From contig NC_022349.1 of NCBI RefSeq assembly GCF_000354175.2, forward strand, positions 1,080,001 through 1,112,000: a stretch of 32,000 nucleotides of DNA. The letters are read 5' to 3'. Below are positions 1 through 9,786 of the stretch, piece after piece. Positions within the stretch are counted from its first letter, which is position 1; every line of letters starts with the position of its first letter. The notes beneath the pieces were generated by a model, which saw nothing but the letters and a program-made list of their open reading frames with translations, had not been told where the DNA came from and did no database searches. This stretch comes from Vibrio alginolyticus NBRC 15630 = ATCC 17749. GTDB taxonomy: Bacteria > Pseudomonadota > Gammaproteobacteria > Enterobacterales > Vibrionaceae. The position numbers and the translations under genes are program-made.

Positions 1-1138
1 CAAGGATATGAGCACGTTCACGCGCTTTACGCAGTTCGAAGATAGTACGACGTGTCACAACTTCACGACGGTGATCAACGAAGCACTTCAGCATATCTTT
101 TAGGTTGAATAGCTGTGGCTGGCCATTGTTTAGGGCCACCATGTTGATACCGAAAGTGGTTTGCAGCTGAGTCTGAGCGTAAAGGTTGTTTAGAACTACT
201 TCGCCCACAGCATCGCGCTTACACTCAATAACAATGCGCATACCGTCTTTATCTGACTCGTCGCGCAGCGCACTGATGCCTTCTACTTTCTTATCTTTAA
301 CTAGCTCAGCGATCTTTTCGATCAAGCGAGCTTTGTTCACCTGGTAAGGAATTTCAGTGACGATAATGGTCTCTTTACCATTCTTCTCCACTTCGATGTC
401 CGCTTTCGAACGCATGTAGATTTTGCCACGACCTGTTTTGTACGCGTCTACAATGCCTTTACGACCGCTGATAAGCGCCGCCGTTGGGAAATCAGGACCA
501 GGAATGTAATCCATTAGTTCATCAATAGTGATTTCTTCATTATTGATGTATGCAAGACAGCCATCAATCACTTCGCCAAGGTTATGAGGCGGGATGTTGG
601 TTGCCATACCTACTGCGATACCAGAAGCACCGTTAACCAATAGGTTTGGAATTTTAGTTGGAAGAACCGCTGGGATCTGCTCAGTACCGTCGTAGTTTGG
701 TACGTAGTCTACGGTTTCTTTGTCTAGGTCAGCCAATAGTTCATGGGCAATTTTTGCCATTCGAACTTCGGTGTAACGCATTGCCGCAGCAGAGTCGCCA
801 TCGATCGAGCCAAAGTTACCTTGACCATCGACCAGCATGTAACGAAGCGAGAACGGCTGAGCCATACGTACGATTGTGTCGTACACAGCACTATCACCGT
901 GTGGGTGATATTTACCGATTACGTCGCCGACAACACGGGCTGATTTTTTATATGGTTTGTTCCAATCGTTGCCTAGTACGTTCATCGCGAATAAAACGCG
1001 GCGGTGTACTGGTTTTAGGCCATCACGCACATCTGGAAGAGCACGACCCACGATGACTGACATCGCATAGTCTAGGTATGAACCTCTAAGCTCATCTTCA
1101 ATGTTTACGGGCGTGATCTCTTTAGCTAAATCGCTCAT
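1..1138 (-). CDS. gyrA: DNA gyrase subunit A, N-terminal part (gene continues beyond left window edge)
   Basis: Absent from the ORF track because it is open at the window edge. The reverse complement from ATG at 1138-1136 reads [40 protein letters not shown]... and later [13 protein letters not shown], the canonical GyrA N-terminus and QRDR. The frame stays open to position 2. Confidence 0.95.
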   Translation of the reverse strand, partial: MSDLAKEITPVNIEDELRGSYLDYAMSVIVGRALPDVRDGLKPVHRRVLFAMNVLGNDWNKPYKKSARVVGDVIGKYHPHGDSAVYDTIVRMAQPFSLRYMLVDGQGNFGSIDGDSAAAMRYTEVRMAKIAHELLADLDKETVDYVPNYDGTEQIPAVLPTKIPNLLVNGASGIAVGMATNIPPHNLGEVIDGCLAYINNEEITIDELMDYIPGPDFPTAALISGRKGIVDAYKTGRGKIYMRSKADIEVEKNGKETIIVTEIPYQVNKARLIEKIAELVKDKKVEGISALRDESDKDGMRIVIECKRDAVGEVVLNNLYAQTQLQTTFGINMVALNNGQPQLFNLKDMLKCFVDHRREVVTRRTIFELRKARERAHIL

Positions 1139-1613
1139 AGAGCCATTATCCCTCTATTATCTGATCGTAATTACGATACGTGTAAGGTGCAAAAATATAA
1201 CACACAATTCATCACTTCGGCATCACTTTCCCTCTCCTTTTATCAGGTTGTGAGCTTGGTTATGAATCAAATGTCGAGAATTTGCACACTCATCCCATAT
1301 CTTTCTGATTAGTGGTTATATTTCGGTCAATATTGAGCAAAATCGGACCCTTTACGCGGAAAAGCGAGGTAAATTCCTTTAACCACACAACGCGAAAATG
1401 CAGGTTTTAGAGTTATTGTCACTGGCACCAGTTCAAGGATGAAGCAAAAACAATAGTTAGCGCTTTACAAATTACAGGCACCTGTCTCGATTGCCGCGCC
1501 AGTGAACTCTGTCATTGTCCCTTAACTAAGCACATCGAGGTTGTTTGGGTGTAAAACGTTAGAGTATACTGGCGCCCTCTAAAGGACTCAGATTGAATGC
1601 AATAAAACCAATT

Positions 1614-2321
1614 ATGACTAAAGCACAAAACGTCGACCCAAGTGAAATTAAGAAATTCGAGGACATGGCTTCTCGATGGTGGGATTTAGAAGGCGAGTTT
1701 AAGCCGCTTCATCAAATTAACCCACTTCGTTTGAACTATGTACTTGAAAAAGCAAATGGCTTGTTTGGCAAGCGAACACTTGATGTCGGCTGTGGTGGTG
1801 GCATTCTTGCTGAAAGCATGGCAAAAGAAGGCGCTATTGTGACGGGGCTTGATATGGGTAAAGAACCATTAGAAGTCGCGCGACTACATGCATTAGAAAC
1901 AGGCACTCAACTGACCTACATTCAGAGCACAATAGAAGACCACGCTATAGAAAACGCAGGAACTTACGATGTCGTGACTTGTATGGAGATGCTTGAACAC
2001 GTTCCAGATCCTCTCTCCGTTATCCGCTCTTGTGCTGCGCTAGTCAAACCCGGTGGTCACGTGTTTTTCTCAACTTTGAACCGAAACATTAAGTCGTACT
2101 TATTTGCTATTGTCGGTGCTGAGAAGCTTCTTAAGATTGTTCCTGAAGGCACTCATGAGCACGATAAGTTTATCAAGCCAGCCGAAATGATGAAGATGAT
2201 AGACCAAACTGACCTGACGGAAATGGGCATTACTGGGCTTCATTACAACCCTCTAAATGATAGCTACAAACTCGGTCGTAATGTAGATGTAAACTACATC
2301 GTTCATACTAAAAAATACTGA
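1614..2321 (+). CDS. ubiG: Ubiquinone biosynthesis O-methyltransferase (3-demethylubiquinol 3-O-methyltransferase)
   Basis: The ORF-track protein carries the SAM-binding motif [12 protein letters not shown] and a UbiG-like N-terminus ([29 protein letters not shown]). gyrA-ubiG-nrdAB synteny matches enterics and Vibrio. I prefer ATG at 1614 (MTKAQNV...) over the track's TTG at 1593, but the start is uncertain. Confidence 0.9.
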   Translation: MTKAQNVDPSEIKKFEDMASRWWDLEGEFKPLHQINPLRLNYVLEKANGLFGKRTLDVGCGGGILAESMAKEGAIVTGLDMGKEPLEVARLHALETGTQLTYIQSTIEDHAIENAGTYDVVTCMEMLEHVPDPLSVIRSCAALVKPGGHVFFSTLNRNIKSYLFAIVGAEKLLKIVPEGTHEHDKFIKPAEMMKMIDQTDLTEMGITGLHYNPLNDSYKLGRNVDVNYIVHTKKY

Positions 2322-2380
2322 ACGCTGTTGCGTTAAAAAATGTGTTTTGTGATTGACATTTTTTAAAGAAAATGAATCGG

Positions 2381-2410
2381 AAGCGGTAGCACAAAGTTGC
2401 CGCTTTTTTT
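2381..2410 (+). terminator. Rho-independent terminator after ubiG
   Basis: Stem AAGCGGTAGC / GTTGCCGCTT (includes G-U pairs) with a 5-nt loop, followed by a T7 run. Confidence 0.7.
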
Positions 2411-2611
2411 GTCTTTTTATGGCTAAAATTCGTGCTCTAGATTCCATTTTGACCAAGCCATTTTTCGTAGATAAAAACGGCCAAAGATCAAGGAAAATAT
2501 TTTTGCATGCGGTTATTTCTAAACCGATCTCGAAACCGTACTTTTAACCATTCAAGTCTGCCCTTTTCTCATCGGTTAGTGTTCACTTACTGATTTTTTT
2601 CATTTTGTCAG

Positions 2612-2620
2612 TTATCCACA
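2612..2620 (+). promoter_or_regulatory. DnaA box (perfect TTATCCACA) upstream of nrdA
   Basis: Exact 9-mer TTATCCACA about 200 bp upstream of the nrdA start. DnaA boxes are an established feature of the E. coli nrdAB promoter region. Confidence 0.55.
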
Positions 2621-2657
2621 AGTCATCCCCGATCTGTACCTTGATAAATCAGTGTAA

Positions 2658-2705
2658 TAGCACTATCTTGTAACCCGCAAACAAATGAACCCCTATATGT
2701 TGTGT
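2658..2705 (+). promoter_or_regulatory. Tandem NrdR boxes in the nrdA promoter region
   Basis: Two 16-mers resemble the NrdR palindrome (acaCwAtATaTwGtgt): tagCACTATCTTGtaa (2658-2673) and cccCTATATGTTGTGT (2690-2705). Their centres are 32 bp apart, about three helical turns, as is typical for NrdR box pairs. Confidence 0.6.
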
Positions 2706-2822
2706 TTAAGCGACAATATATAGATAGACTTTGATCACAAAGCCGCCGCAAGCTTTACTCATATTGCACATAAACAAACAAAAATACGGCTTTTATCAGT
2801 TTTCTTAGGGAAATAAAGCAGA

Positions 2823-5105
2823 ATGAACCAACAACTTACCGTCACCAAGCGTGATGGCCGTAAAGAAAGTATCGATCTGGATAAAATCCACCGCGTTATC
2901 ACTTGGGCTGCAGAAGGTCTAGATAATGTTTCGGTTTCTCAAGTAGAACTTCGCGCTCACATCCAGTTTTACGACGGCATCACAACGACAGATATTCACG
3001 AGACAATCATCAAGTCTGCGGCAGACCTGATCTCTGAAGAGACTCCGGATTACCAATACCTAGCTGCTCGCCTAGCGGTATTCCATCTGCGTAAAAAAGC
3101 GTATGGCCAATACGAGCCACCAACGCTTTATGATCACGTGTCTCGCCTCGTCGATATGGGTAAGTACGATCAACATATTCTAGAAGACTACACGAAAGCA
3201 GAACTCGACGAACTTGATGCGTACCTCGACCATAAACGCGACCTAAACTTCTCATACGCGGCAGTTAAGCAGCTAGAGGGTAAGTACTTCGTACAGAACC
3301 GTGTTACGGGCCAAATTTACGAAAGTGCTCAGTTCTTATACATCCTTGTAGCAGCGTGCTTATTTGCGAAGTATCCAAAAGCGACGCGTCTTGATTACAT
3401 CAAACGTTTCTACGATGCGACATCGACATTTAAGATTTCTCTACCTACGCCAATTATGTCTGGCGTGCGTACCCCTACTCGCCAGTTCAGCTCATGTGTT
3501 CTGATCGAGTGTGGCGACAGTCTTGATTCTATTAACGCAACAGCAAGCTCAATTGTTCGTTATGTATCTCAGCGCGCTGGTATTGGTATCAACGCAGGTC
3601 GTATCCGTGCATTAGGCTCAGAGATTCGCGGTGGTGAAGCATTCCACACTGGTTGTATTCCGTTCTACAAGTACTTCCAAACAGCAGTAAAATGTTGTTC
3701 ACAAGGTGGTGTACGTGGTGGCGCAGCTACTGTGTTCTACCCAATGTGGCACGGTGAAGCACGCTCACTAATGGTACTTAAGAACAACCGTGGTGTTGAA
3801 GAAAACCGTGTTCGTCACATGGACTACGGTGTTCAGTTAAACAAACTGATGTACCAACGTTTAGTTGAAGGCGGCAATATTACGCTATTCTCACCATCTG
3901 ATGTACCTGGTCTGTACGACGCATTCTTCGAAAACCAAGAAGAGTTTGAGCGTCTATACGTGAAGTACGAGAACGATCCTTCAATCAAGAAAGAAACGGT
4001 TAAAGCGATTGAAATGTTCACTCTGCTAATGCAAGAGCGTGCATCAACGGGTCGTATCTACATCCAGAACGTGGACCACTGTAATACTCACAGCCCATTT
4101 GATTCTGAAGTCGCTCCAGTTCGTCAGTCGAACCTATGTTTAGAAATCGCACTGCCAACGAAACCATTAACTAACGTTGAAGATGACTCAGGCGAGATCG
4201 CACTGTGTACGCTTTCTGCATTCAACTTAGGTGCTATCAAGTCTCTAGATGATTTCGAAGAGCTATCCGATCTTGTTGTTCGTGCGTTAGATGCACTGCT
4301 TGATTACCAAGATTACCCTCTACCAGCGGCATACAAATCGACTATGAACCGTCGTACGCTAGGTGTTGGTGTGATTAACTTTGCTTACTACTTAGCGAAG
4401 AATGGCGTGAAATACTCTGACGGTAGCGCGAACGGCCTAACTCACCGTACGTTCGAAGCAATACAGTACTACCTATTGAAAGCATCTGTAGCACTGGCGA
4501 AAGAACAAGGTAAGTGTCCTTCATTCGACGAGACGAACTACGCGAAAGGCTTACTGCCGATTGATACGTATAAGAAAGATATCGATCTAATTTGTGACGA
4601 AGCGCTGCACTACGACTGGGACAGCCTACGTAAAGAAATTATGGAGCACGGCCTACGTAACTCAACACTGACTGCACTAATGCCTTCTGAGACTTCTTCT
4701 CAGATTTCAAACGCAACTAACGGTATTGAGCCACCACGTGGTTACGTTTCAGTAAAAGCTTCGAAAGACGGTATCCTGAAGCAAGTTGTACCTGAGTTCA
4801 CAGAACTTAAAGACAGCTATGAACTGCTTTGGAATATCGGTTCGAACGACGGTTATCTACACCTTGTGGGTATTATGCAGAAGTTTGTTGACCAAGCTAT
4901 CTCTGCTAATACTAACTACGACCCGTCACGTTACGAGACTGGCAAGGTTCCAATGAAGAAACTACTTCAAGACCTGCTAACAGCGTATAAGTTTGGTGTG
5001 AAAACGCTTTACTACCACAACACTCGTGATGGTGCGAAAGATGAACAGAAAGACGCTGTTCAACCACAAGATGACGATTGTGCTGGCGGCGGTTGTAAGA
5101 TTTAA
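2823..5105 (+). CDS. nrdA: Class Ia ribonucleoside-diphosphate reductase alpha subunit
   Basis: 760 aa. It has an N-terminal ATP-cone (VTKRDGRKESIDLDKIHRVI), the active-site region SNLCLEI and the C-terminal redox pair in ...DDCAGGGCKI. nrdB follows directly. Confidence 0.97.
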   Translation: MNQQLTVTKRDGRKESIDLDKIHRVITWAAEGLDNVSVSQVELRAHIQFYDGITTTDIHETIIKSAADLISEETPDYQYLAARLAVFHLRKKAYGQYEPPTLYDHVSRLVDMGKYDQHILEDYTKAELDELDAYLDHKRDLNFSYAAVKQLEGKYFVQNRVTGQIYESAQFLYILVAACLFAKYPKATRLDYIKRFYDATSTFKISLPTPIMSGVRTPTRQFSSCVLIECGDSLDSINATASSIVRYVSQRAGIGINAGRIRALGSEIRGGEAFHTGCIPFYKYFQTAVKCCSQGGVRGGAATVFYPMWHGEARSLMVLKNNRGVEENRVRHMDYGVQLNKLMYQRLVEGGNITLFSPSDVPGLYDAFFENQEEFERLYVKYENDPSIKKETVKAIEMFTLLMQERASTGRIYIQNVDHCNTHSPFDSEVAPVRQSNLCLEIALPTKPLTNVEDDSGEIALCTLSAFNLGAIKSLDDFEELSDLVVRALDALLDYQDYPLPAAYKSTMNRRTLGVGVINFAYYLAKNGVKYSDGSANGLTHRTFEAIQYYLLKASVALAKEQGKCPSFDETNYAKGLLPIDTYKKDIDLICDEALHYDWDSLRKEIMEHGLRNSTLTALMPSETSSQISNATNGIEPPRGYVSVKASKDGILKQVVPEFTELKDSYELLWNIGSNDGYLHLVGIMQKFVDQAISANTNYDPSRYETGKVPMKKLLQDLLTAYKFGVKTLYYHNTRDGAKDEQKDAVQPQDDDCAGGGCKI

Positions 5106-5146
5106 TCTTCCCGTACCTAGCGAACCCGTAAAGACAGACTATCGAT

Positions 5147-5169
5147 AACCTCCCCCTTACGGGGAGGTT
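5147..5169 (+). other. Perfect 9-bp intercistronic stem-loop between nrdA and nrdB
   Basis: AACCTCCCC (5147-5155), loop CTTAC, GGGGAGGTT (5161-5169). There is no downstream T-run, so this is not a classical terminator. Confidence 0.6.
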
Positions 5170-5188
5170 TAAAAGGAATTGAGGCATT

Positions 5189-6322
5189 ATGGCTTACAGT
5201 ACTTTTAACCAAAAAAAGAATGACCAATTGAAGGAACCAATGTTCCTAGGTCAATCAGTAAACGTTGCACGTTACGACCAACAAAAGTTTGAGATTTTCG
5301 AAAAACTTATCGAGAAACAACTTTCTTTCTTCTGGCGTCCAGAAGAAGTAGACGTATCTAGCGACCGTATCGATTACAACAAACTGCCAGATCACGAGAA
5401 GCACATCTTCATCTCTAACTTGAAGTACCAAACGCTTCTTGACTCTATCCAAGGCCGCAGCCCTAACGTGGCACTGCTGCCGCTTGTGTCTCTGCCAGAA
5501 CTAGAGACTTGGATTGAGACTTGGTCTTTCTCTGAAACGATTCACTCTCGTTCTTACACACACATTATTCGTAACATCGTGAACGACCCTGCGGTGGTGT
5601 TTGATGATATCGTTGAGAACGAGCACATTCTGAAGCGTGCAAAAGACATCGCGCACTACTACGACGATTTGATTCAAGCGACGAATGATTACCATCGCTA
5701 CGGTGAAGGTGAGCATGTCCTTAACGGTGAAACGGTTAAGGTTAGTCTGTACGATCTTAAGAAGAAGCTGTACATCTGTCTGATGTCTGTTAACGCATTA
5801 GAAGCTATTCGTTTTTACGTAAGTTTCGCATGCTCTTTCGCTTTCGCAGAACGCGAACTAATGGAAGGTAACGCGAAAATCATCAAGCTGATCGCTCGTG
5901 ACGAAGCACTTCACTTAAACGGCACGCAGCACATGATCAACCTGCTACGTAACGGTCAAGATGACTTCACTTTCATGCAAATCGCAGAAGAGGCAAAACA
6001 GGACTGTTTTGACCTATTCAAAGAAGCGGCTGAGCAAGAAAAAGAGTGGGCAGAGTATCTATTCAAAGATGGCTCTATGATCGGTCTAAACAAAGACATC
6101 CTAAGCCAATACGTTGAATACATCACAAATATTCGTATGCAAGCGGTAGGTCTACCAGCAGCGTATCCAGAAGCAACAACCAACCCAATTCCATGGATTA
6201 ACGCTTGGTTGTCTTCAGATAACGTTCAAGTTGCGCCTCAAGAAGCAGAAATCTCTTCTTACCTTGTGGGTCAAATTGACAATGAAGTTCGCGCAGATGA
6301 CTTCGAAGGATTCGAGCTGTAA
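5189..6322 (+). CDS. nrdB: Class Ia ribonucleoside-diphosphate reductase beta subunit
   Basis: 377 aa with di-iron/tyrosyl radical family motifs ([31 protein letters not shown]). Positioned directly after nrdA. Confidence 0.97.
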   Translation: MAYSTFNQKKNDQLKEPMFLGQSVNVARYDQQKFEIFEKLIEKQLSFFWRPEEVDVSSDRIDYNKLPDHEKHIFISNLKYQTLLDSIQGRSPNVALLPLVSLPELETWIETWSFSETIHSRSYTHIIRNIVNDPAVVFDDIVENEHILKRAKDIAHYYDDLIQATNDYHRYGEGEHVLNGETVKVSLYDLKKKLYICLMSVNALEAIRFYVSFACSFAFAERELMEGNAKIIKLIARDEALHLNGTQHMINLLRNGQDDFTFMQIAEEAKQDCFDLFKEAAEQEKEWAEYLFKDGSMIGLNKDILSQYVEYITNIRMQAVGLPAAYPEATTNPIPWINAWLSSDNVQVAPQEAEISSYLVGQIDNEVRADDFEGFEL

Positions 6323-6603
6323 TGGCAACACTCAAAATCAACAAACTGATCAGCATTGAATCCAACCCTTCCAATACGATTTTGGAAACAATGGAGCAAG
6401 CTGGCCTATTACCAGAATACAACTGCCGTGATGGGCACTGCGGCGCCTGTCGCTGCAAATTGGAGTCTGGTGAAGTGGAGTATGTTGGTTTTGCCATGGC
6501 TTACACACAAAGTGATGAAATATTACCTTGTATCTGTAAAGCAAAATCAGATTTGTCACTTAGCGGCGTTAACTACGCGATGAAAGAAAAGCAGCGCGCA
6601 TAA
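6322..6603 (+). CDS. yfaE: 2Fe-2S ferredoxin YfaE (NrdB cofactor maintenance)
   Basis: 93 aa with the Cys pattern CRDGHCGACRC ... ILPCIC. Its start overlaps the nrdB stop (TAATG), matching the nrdAB-yfaE operon arrangement. Confidence 0.88.
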   Translation: MATLKINKLISIESNPSNTILETMEQAGLLPEYNCRDGHCGACRCKLESGEVEYVGFAMAYTQSDEILPCICKAKSDLSLSGVNYAMKEKQRA

Positions 6604-6628
6604 CGTTGACTCGACGGTATAAAATGCA

Positions 6629-6658
6629 AAAGCCAAGGTAATCACCTTGGCTTTTTTG
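6629..6658. terminator. Bidirectional rho-independent terminator between yfaE (+) and the yfaY-like gene (-)
   Basis: AGCCAAGGT (6631-6639), loop AATC, ACCTTGGCT (6644-6652). It is flanked by an A-run upstream and a T-run downstream, so it is usable on both strands. Confidence 0.8.
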
Positions 6659-6699
6659 TCTCTGTGTATTGTCTCTCAGACTACTGTATAGAGCTTTGG

Positions 6700-7932
6700 T
6701 TATAAAGCACTGCTCGGGAGGTGCATCTCTTTAACTTTCTCTAAAAATGCATAATGCGCAAACATCGGTTTACGTTCTAGGTAGCGACGCAACAAGTCTA
6801 GTGCTGCCGTGCTGATCACTTTAACTTGATCACTGCGCTGATACTTTTTCGAGAGTTTATATAACGCTCCCCACTCGCCTGACGGTGTCGATAAAGCGAC
6901 GGAAAAAACGCCCTCTTCAATATGGCCAGTGACGAGTGATAAATCCGTCCCACACTTCTCTCGCGTAGCACCAGCCAGAGCAAACGTTTCTGCTAATGGA
7001 TCTCCGCTGTTGGCCATCGCTTGAGTCAGGCTCGGTAGTATCCAACCATGCCCTAGTTGTTTTTCAGCGTTTTCATCACCGTTTAGCCAGTACGTTAAGT
7101 ATCCTCCGCTACTTTTTTCGGAGGTCGACACTGTTAGTCCTTTATCGACCAACAACTGGCCGACATTTTCAACCATAGGTAAATCAATACTAACGGTATT
7201 ACTCTCAAGGTGTTTATTAATTATCTGTACTAGTTTCAAACGCTGTTCAATCTGATCTGAAGGACCAAAAAGTTTCACTTCAATAAAAGGCAAGTAAGAG
7301 CGATACCCTAGCTCATAGTCTTGAGGAAGTTTTAGCTGATCTAGCTTATCTGAAATACCGGATTCAGATAGACCAAACGTGTAGATTCGACTACAACATG
7401 AACCTTGAACATCGGGAAACACTCTTCTCAGATCGGGAAGAATTTGCGTCTCTGCCATGAGCTTAAATTCACTTGGTACACCCGGTGTGAAATAAAAAAT
7501 GGCATCATTAATCAGCATTTTGAAACCGCAAGCAGTGCCTATCGGGTTGTCCAATATCTCTGCCGTTTCTGGCAGCATTGCTTGCTTTAAATTACTGTCC
7601 GGCATAGGGATGCCACGTCGAGCATACAAACTTTCTAGATGCTGCAACCACTCTTTGAATAGCACCAGTTTACAATCGGCGGCTCTCGCGGCGGCGGCAG
7701 CACTCATGTCATCCGTTGTAGGGCCTAAACCACCATTAACAATAACCACATCGTTGTTAAAGCTGAGCATTAAAAACTCTTCAACCAAACTCGATAGGCT
7801 ATCACCAACCGTTGAGCGCTTTGTTAAGCCAAATCCATGTTGATAAAACAGGCTAGACAACCATGCCGCATTAGTATCAACAATATCACCGTGGAGGACT
7901 TCCTCACCAGTACTAAGCATTGCTATTTTCAC
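6700..7932 (-). CDS. yfaY: CinA-like protein (MoCF-type N-terminal domain plus diverged CinA/PncC-like C-terminal domain)
   Basis: 410 aa. The N-terminus MKIAMLSTGEEVLHGDIVDTNAAWL...VIVNGGLGPTTDD matches my recollection of E. coli YfaY and the CinA family. GTG start at 7932 is preceded by CAGGAG. Confidence 0.8.
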   Translation of the reverse strand: MKIAMLSTGEEVLHGDIVDTNAAWLSSLFYQHGFGLTKRSTVGDSLSSLVEEFLMLSFNNDVVIVNGGLGPTTDDMSAAAAARAADCKLVLFKEWLQHLESLYARRGIPMPDSNLKQAMLPETAEILDNPIGTACGFKMLINDAIFYFTPGVPSEFKLMAETQILPDLRRVFPDVQGSCCSRIYTFGLSESGISDKLDQLKLPQDYELGYRSYLPFIEVKLFGPSDQIEQRLKLVQIINKHLESNTVSIDLPMVENVGQLLVDKGLTVSTSEKSSGGYLTYWLNGDENAEKQLGHGWILPSLTQAMANSGDPLAETFALAGATREKCGTDLSLVTGHIEEGVFSVALSTPSGEWGALYKLSKKYQRSDQVKVISTAALDLLRRYLERKPMFAHYAFLEKVKEMHLPSSAL

Positions 7933-8108
7933 AACTGACTCCTGAACGTAAGCACAATCCTATTTTCGTTATAGCGCTTATTTTTCTTTTTATTTGGACA
8001 AATCTCGCCGAGGTTTGTTGGGACTAAATAAGGGTCAAGTGTTTAAATGATTGATGTTTTGAGGGATAATTACGAGCCCGAACATACACCATTAACTCGG
8101 AGACCTTT

Positions 8109-9026
8109 GTGTCAAAATCATCCATGTTCAAGACGACTCTAACAGGCCTTTGCTTGGCTTCGTCAGCGCTTGCGCACGCAAGTCACTATGACCTAAGCCG
8201 TCATACAGAGTTTTCTTACACACCTGATTGTTTGTCAGGTTACTGCGAAACGACGACTCTGTACACCTTCGAGGCTCAAAATCGCGGTGTTATGTATGAA
8301 CAGAATAGTGATGATTCGCTAAACCTTGACGCAGGGCTTCAGCCTAAACATCTCATCATCCCTCAAGATAAAGACTGGGATTATCTGATGGGTCAAACCT
8401 ACACCATTCTAGGTCTCAGTATCGCGACCGTAGGCATGATGACTTTTCTTCCAGAAAGTATCACCAAATGGGACGAAGAAGACCGAGACATGAGTAAGTT
8501 GGGGCAAAAGTGGAAAGATAATGTCTCTGACGGCCCCGTTTGGGATCGCGATGAACATGTCCTCAACTACATCATGCACCCATATTTTGGCGGTGTTTAC
8601 TACACGGCAGCACGTCACGCTGGCTATAATGAATTTCAGTCGTTTTTGTACTCCGCAACTATGTCGACGTTCTTTTGGGAGTATGGCGTGGAGGCGTTCG
8701 CAGAAGTACCATCTTGGCAGGATATTTTTATCACACCATTCTTTGGTGCTGTTGTTGGTGAAATGATGTTAACGGCTGAGCAAGACATTATTGCAAACGG
8801 CGGCGAAGTTATGGGCTCTGAAACCGCAGGTGATGTTTCGCTCTTCTTCTTAAACCCTGTTGGACATATTCATTATTGGGTAACTGATGCATGGGGCGGT
8901 AGTGCAGAACTACAATTCAATTCATCACCTTGGTTTGGAAACCAAGATGTTGCAAAATTCGCCATGGACGCAGGCGCAAACTACGACAGTCAATTTTATG
9001 GTGTCGAGTTAAAAGTAACCTTCTAA
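8109..9026 (+). CDS. Secreted/envelope protein of unknown function (DUF3943-like from memory)
   Basis: 305 aa. N-terminal signal peptide (KTTLTGLCLASSALAHA-S). Central conserved-looking block NYIMHPYFGGVYYTAARHAGYNEF...FFWEYGVEAFAEVPSWQD. The C-terminus ...FYGVELKVTF alternates hydrophobic residues and ends in Phe. GTG start with GGAG upstream. Confidence 0.7.
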   Translation: MSKSSMFKTTLTGLCLASSALAHASHYDLSRHTEFSYTPDCLSGYCETTTLYTFEAQNRGVMYEQNSDDSLNLDAGLQPKHLIIPQDKDWDYLMGQTYTILGLSIATVGMMTFLPESITKWDEEDRDMSKLGQKWKDNVSDGPVWDRDEHVLNYIMHPYFGGVYYTAARHAGYNEFQSFLYSATMSTFFWEYGVEAFAEVPSWQDIFITPFFGAVVGEMMLTAEQDIIANGGEVMGSETAGDVSLFFLNPVGHIHYWVTDAWGGSAELQFNSSPWFGNQDVAKFAMDAGANYDSQFYGVELKVTF

Positions 9027-9045
9027 TCCTAAGTTGATACTCGGT

Positions 9046-9076
9046 AAAAAGCAGCCTTACGATGGCTGCTTTTTTG
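9046..9076 (+). terminator. Rho-independent terminator
   Basis: AGCAGCC (9050-9056) pairs with GGCTGCT (9064-9070), followed by TTTTT. Confidence 0.8.
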
Positions 9077-9247
9077 TGCTCTGAACATTGTTTTAATTAT
9101 TTGCATCACGAATTAGTGTTAAAAATTGACTTTCATCAAACATTACCCGCCCTTAGCACCTACACTAAATAAAAGGATTTATTCCAATAACTTAAGTAGC
9201 ACGTTTATTCGTACTGCGTCCAAACCTTGATTCCAGGAGGGGACATT

Positions 9248-9760
9248 ATGAACACCGTATTTATTGTTAATTTTGTCGGACAAGCGTCACCCGCCACGAT
9301 TAAAGAGCTCGCTGCAATCACACACGAAAACGGCGGGAAATGGCTGATCAGCAAAGTAAACTTTATCGAAGACCAAGTTGCAGGTGTCATCAAAGTAGAG
9401 CTTCCAAGAGAAAATGCCGACATCGTTAAACAAGCGTTCTCTTCTTGTCAGACTCTTGTTGTTAGGTTCGTCGACTCTGAGCCTCACTCATATCGTGAAG
9501 ACACTATCTTCCAACTTCGTTTAGATGCCAACGATAGAGCGGGTATTGTGAATGAAATTACTCACGTTCTCGATAATCAAGGTATCTCAATTTTAGATAT
9601 GGATTGTCAGCGTGTATTCATTGCAGGAGGCGGAGGGGTAAGCTCTAGCTTATTCAGCGCTAAAATGGCGATAAAACTACCTAGCGAGCTAGAAATTGAA
9701 GACATAGCCAATGAGTTAGAATCTCTGAGTGAAGACACTCGTGTAATTGTAGAAAGCTAA
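9248..9760 (+). CDS. Tandem ACT-domain protein (glycine cleavage system regulator GcvR-like)
   Basis: About 170 aa with two ACT-like halves. The second has the typical DRAGIVNEITHVLDNQGISILDM motif. I prefer ATG at 9248, preceded by AGGAGG, over the track start at 9227. Confidence 0.7.
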   Translation: MNTVFIVNFVGQASPATIKELAAITHENGGKWLISKVNFIEDQVAGVIKVELPRENADIVKQAFSSCQTLVVRFVDSEPHSYREDTIFQLRLDANDRAGIVNEITHVLDNQGISILDMDCQRVFIAGGGGVSSSLFSAKMAIKLPSELEIEDIANELESLSEDTRVIVES

Positions 9761-9786
9761 CTGCATACCTTTAACGCTTCCCCAAT

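Noticed and set aside
658-1056. 132-aa and 66-aa plus-strand ORFs (658-1056, 743-943)
   Set aside because: Both lie entirely antisense within the gyrA coding region, which has an unmistakable GyrA translation. They have no recognisable motifs and are shadow ORFs.
1593-1613. TTG-initiated 7-codon N-terminal extension of ubiG in the ORF track
   Set aside because: The in-frame ATG at 1614 gives an N-terminus ([12 protein letters not shown]...) of the usual UbiG length, and no SD favours the TTG. I kept it only as an alternative start.
2353-2547. 64-aa plus-strand ORF and 67-aa minus-strand ORF (2253-2456) in the ubiG-nrdA spacer
   Set aside because: The plus-strand ORF starts at TTG and runs straight through the ubiG terminator hairpin. 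The minus-strand ORF overlaps the ubiG 3' end. Neither has an SD, and both have low-complexity composition.
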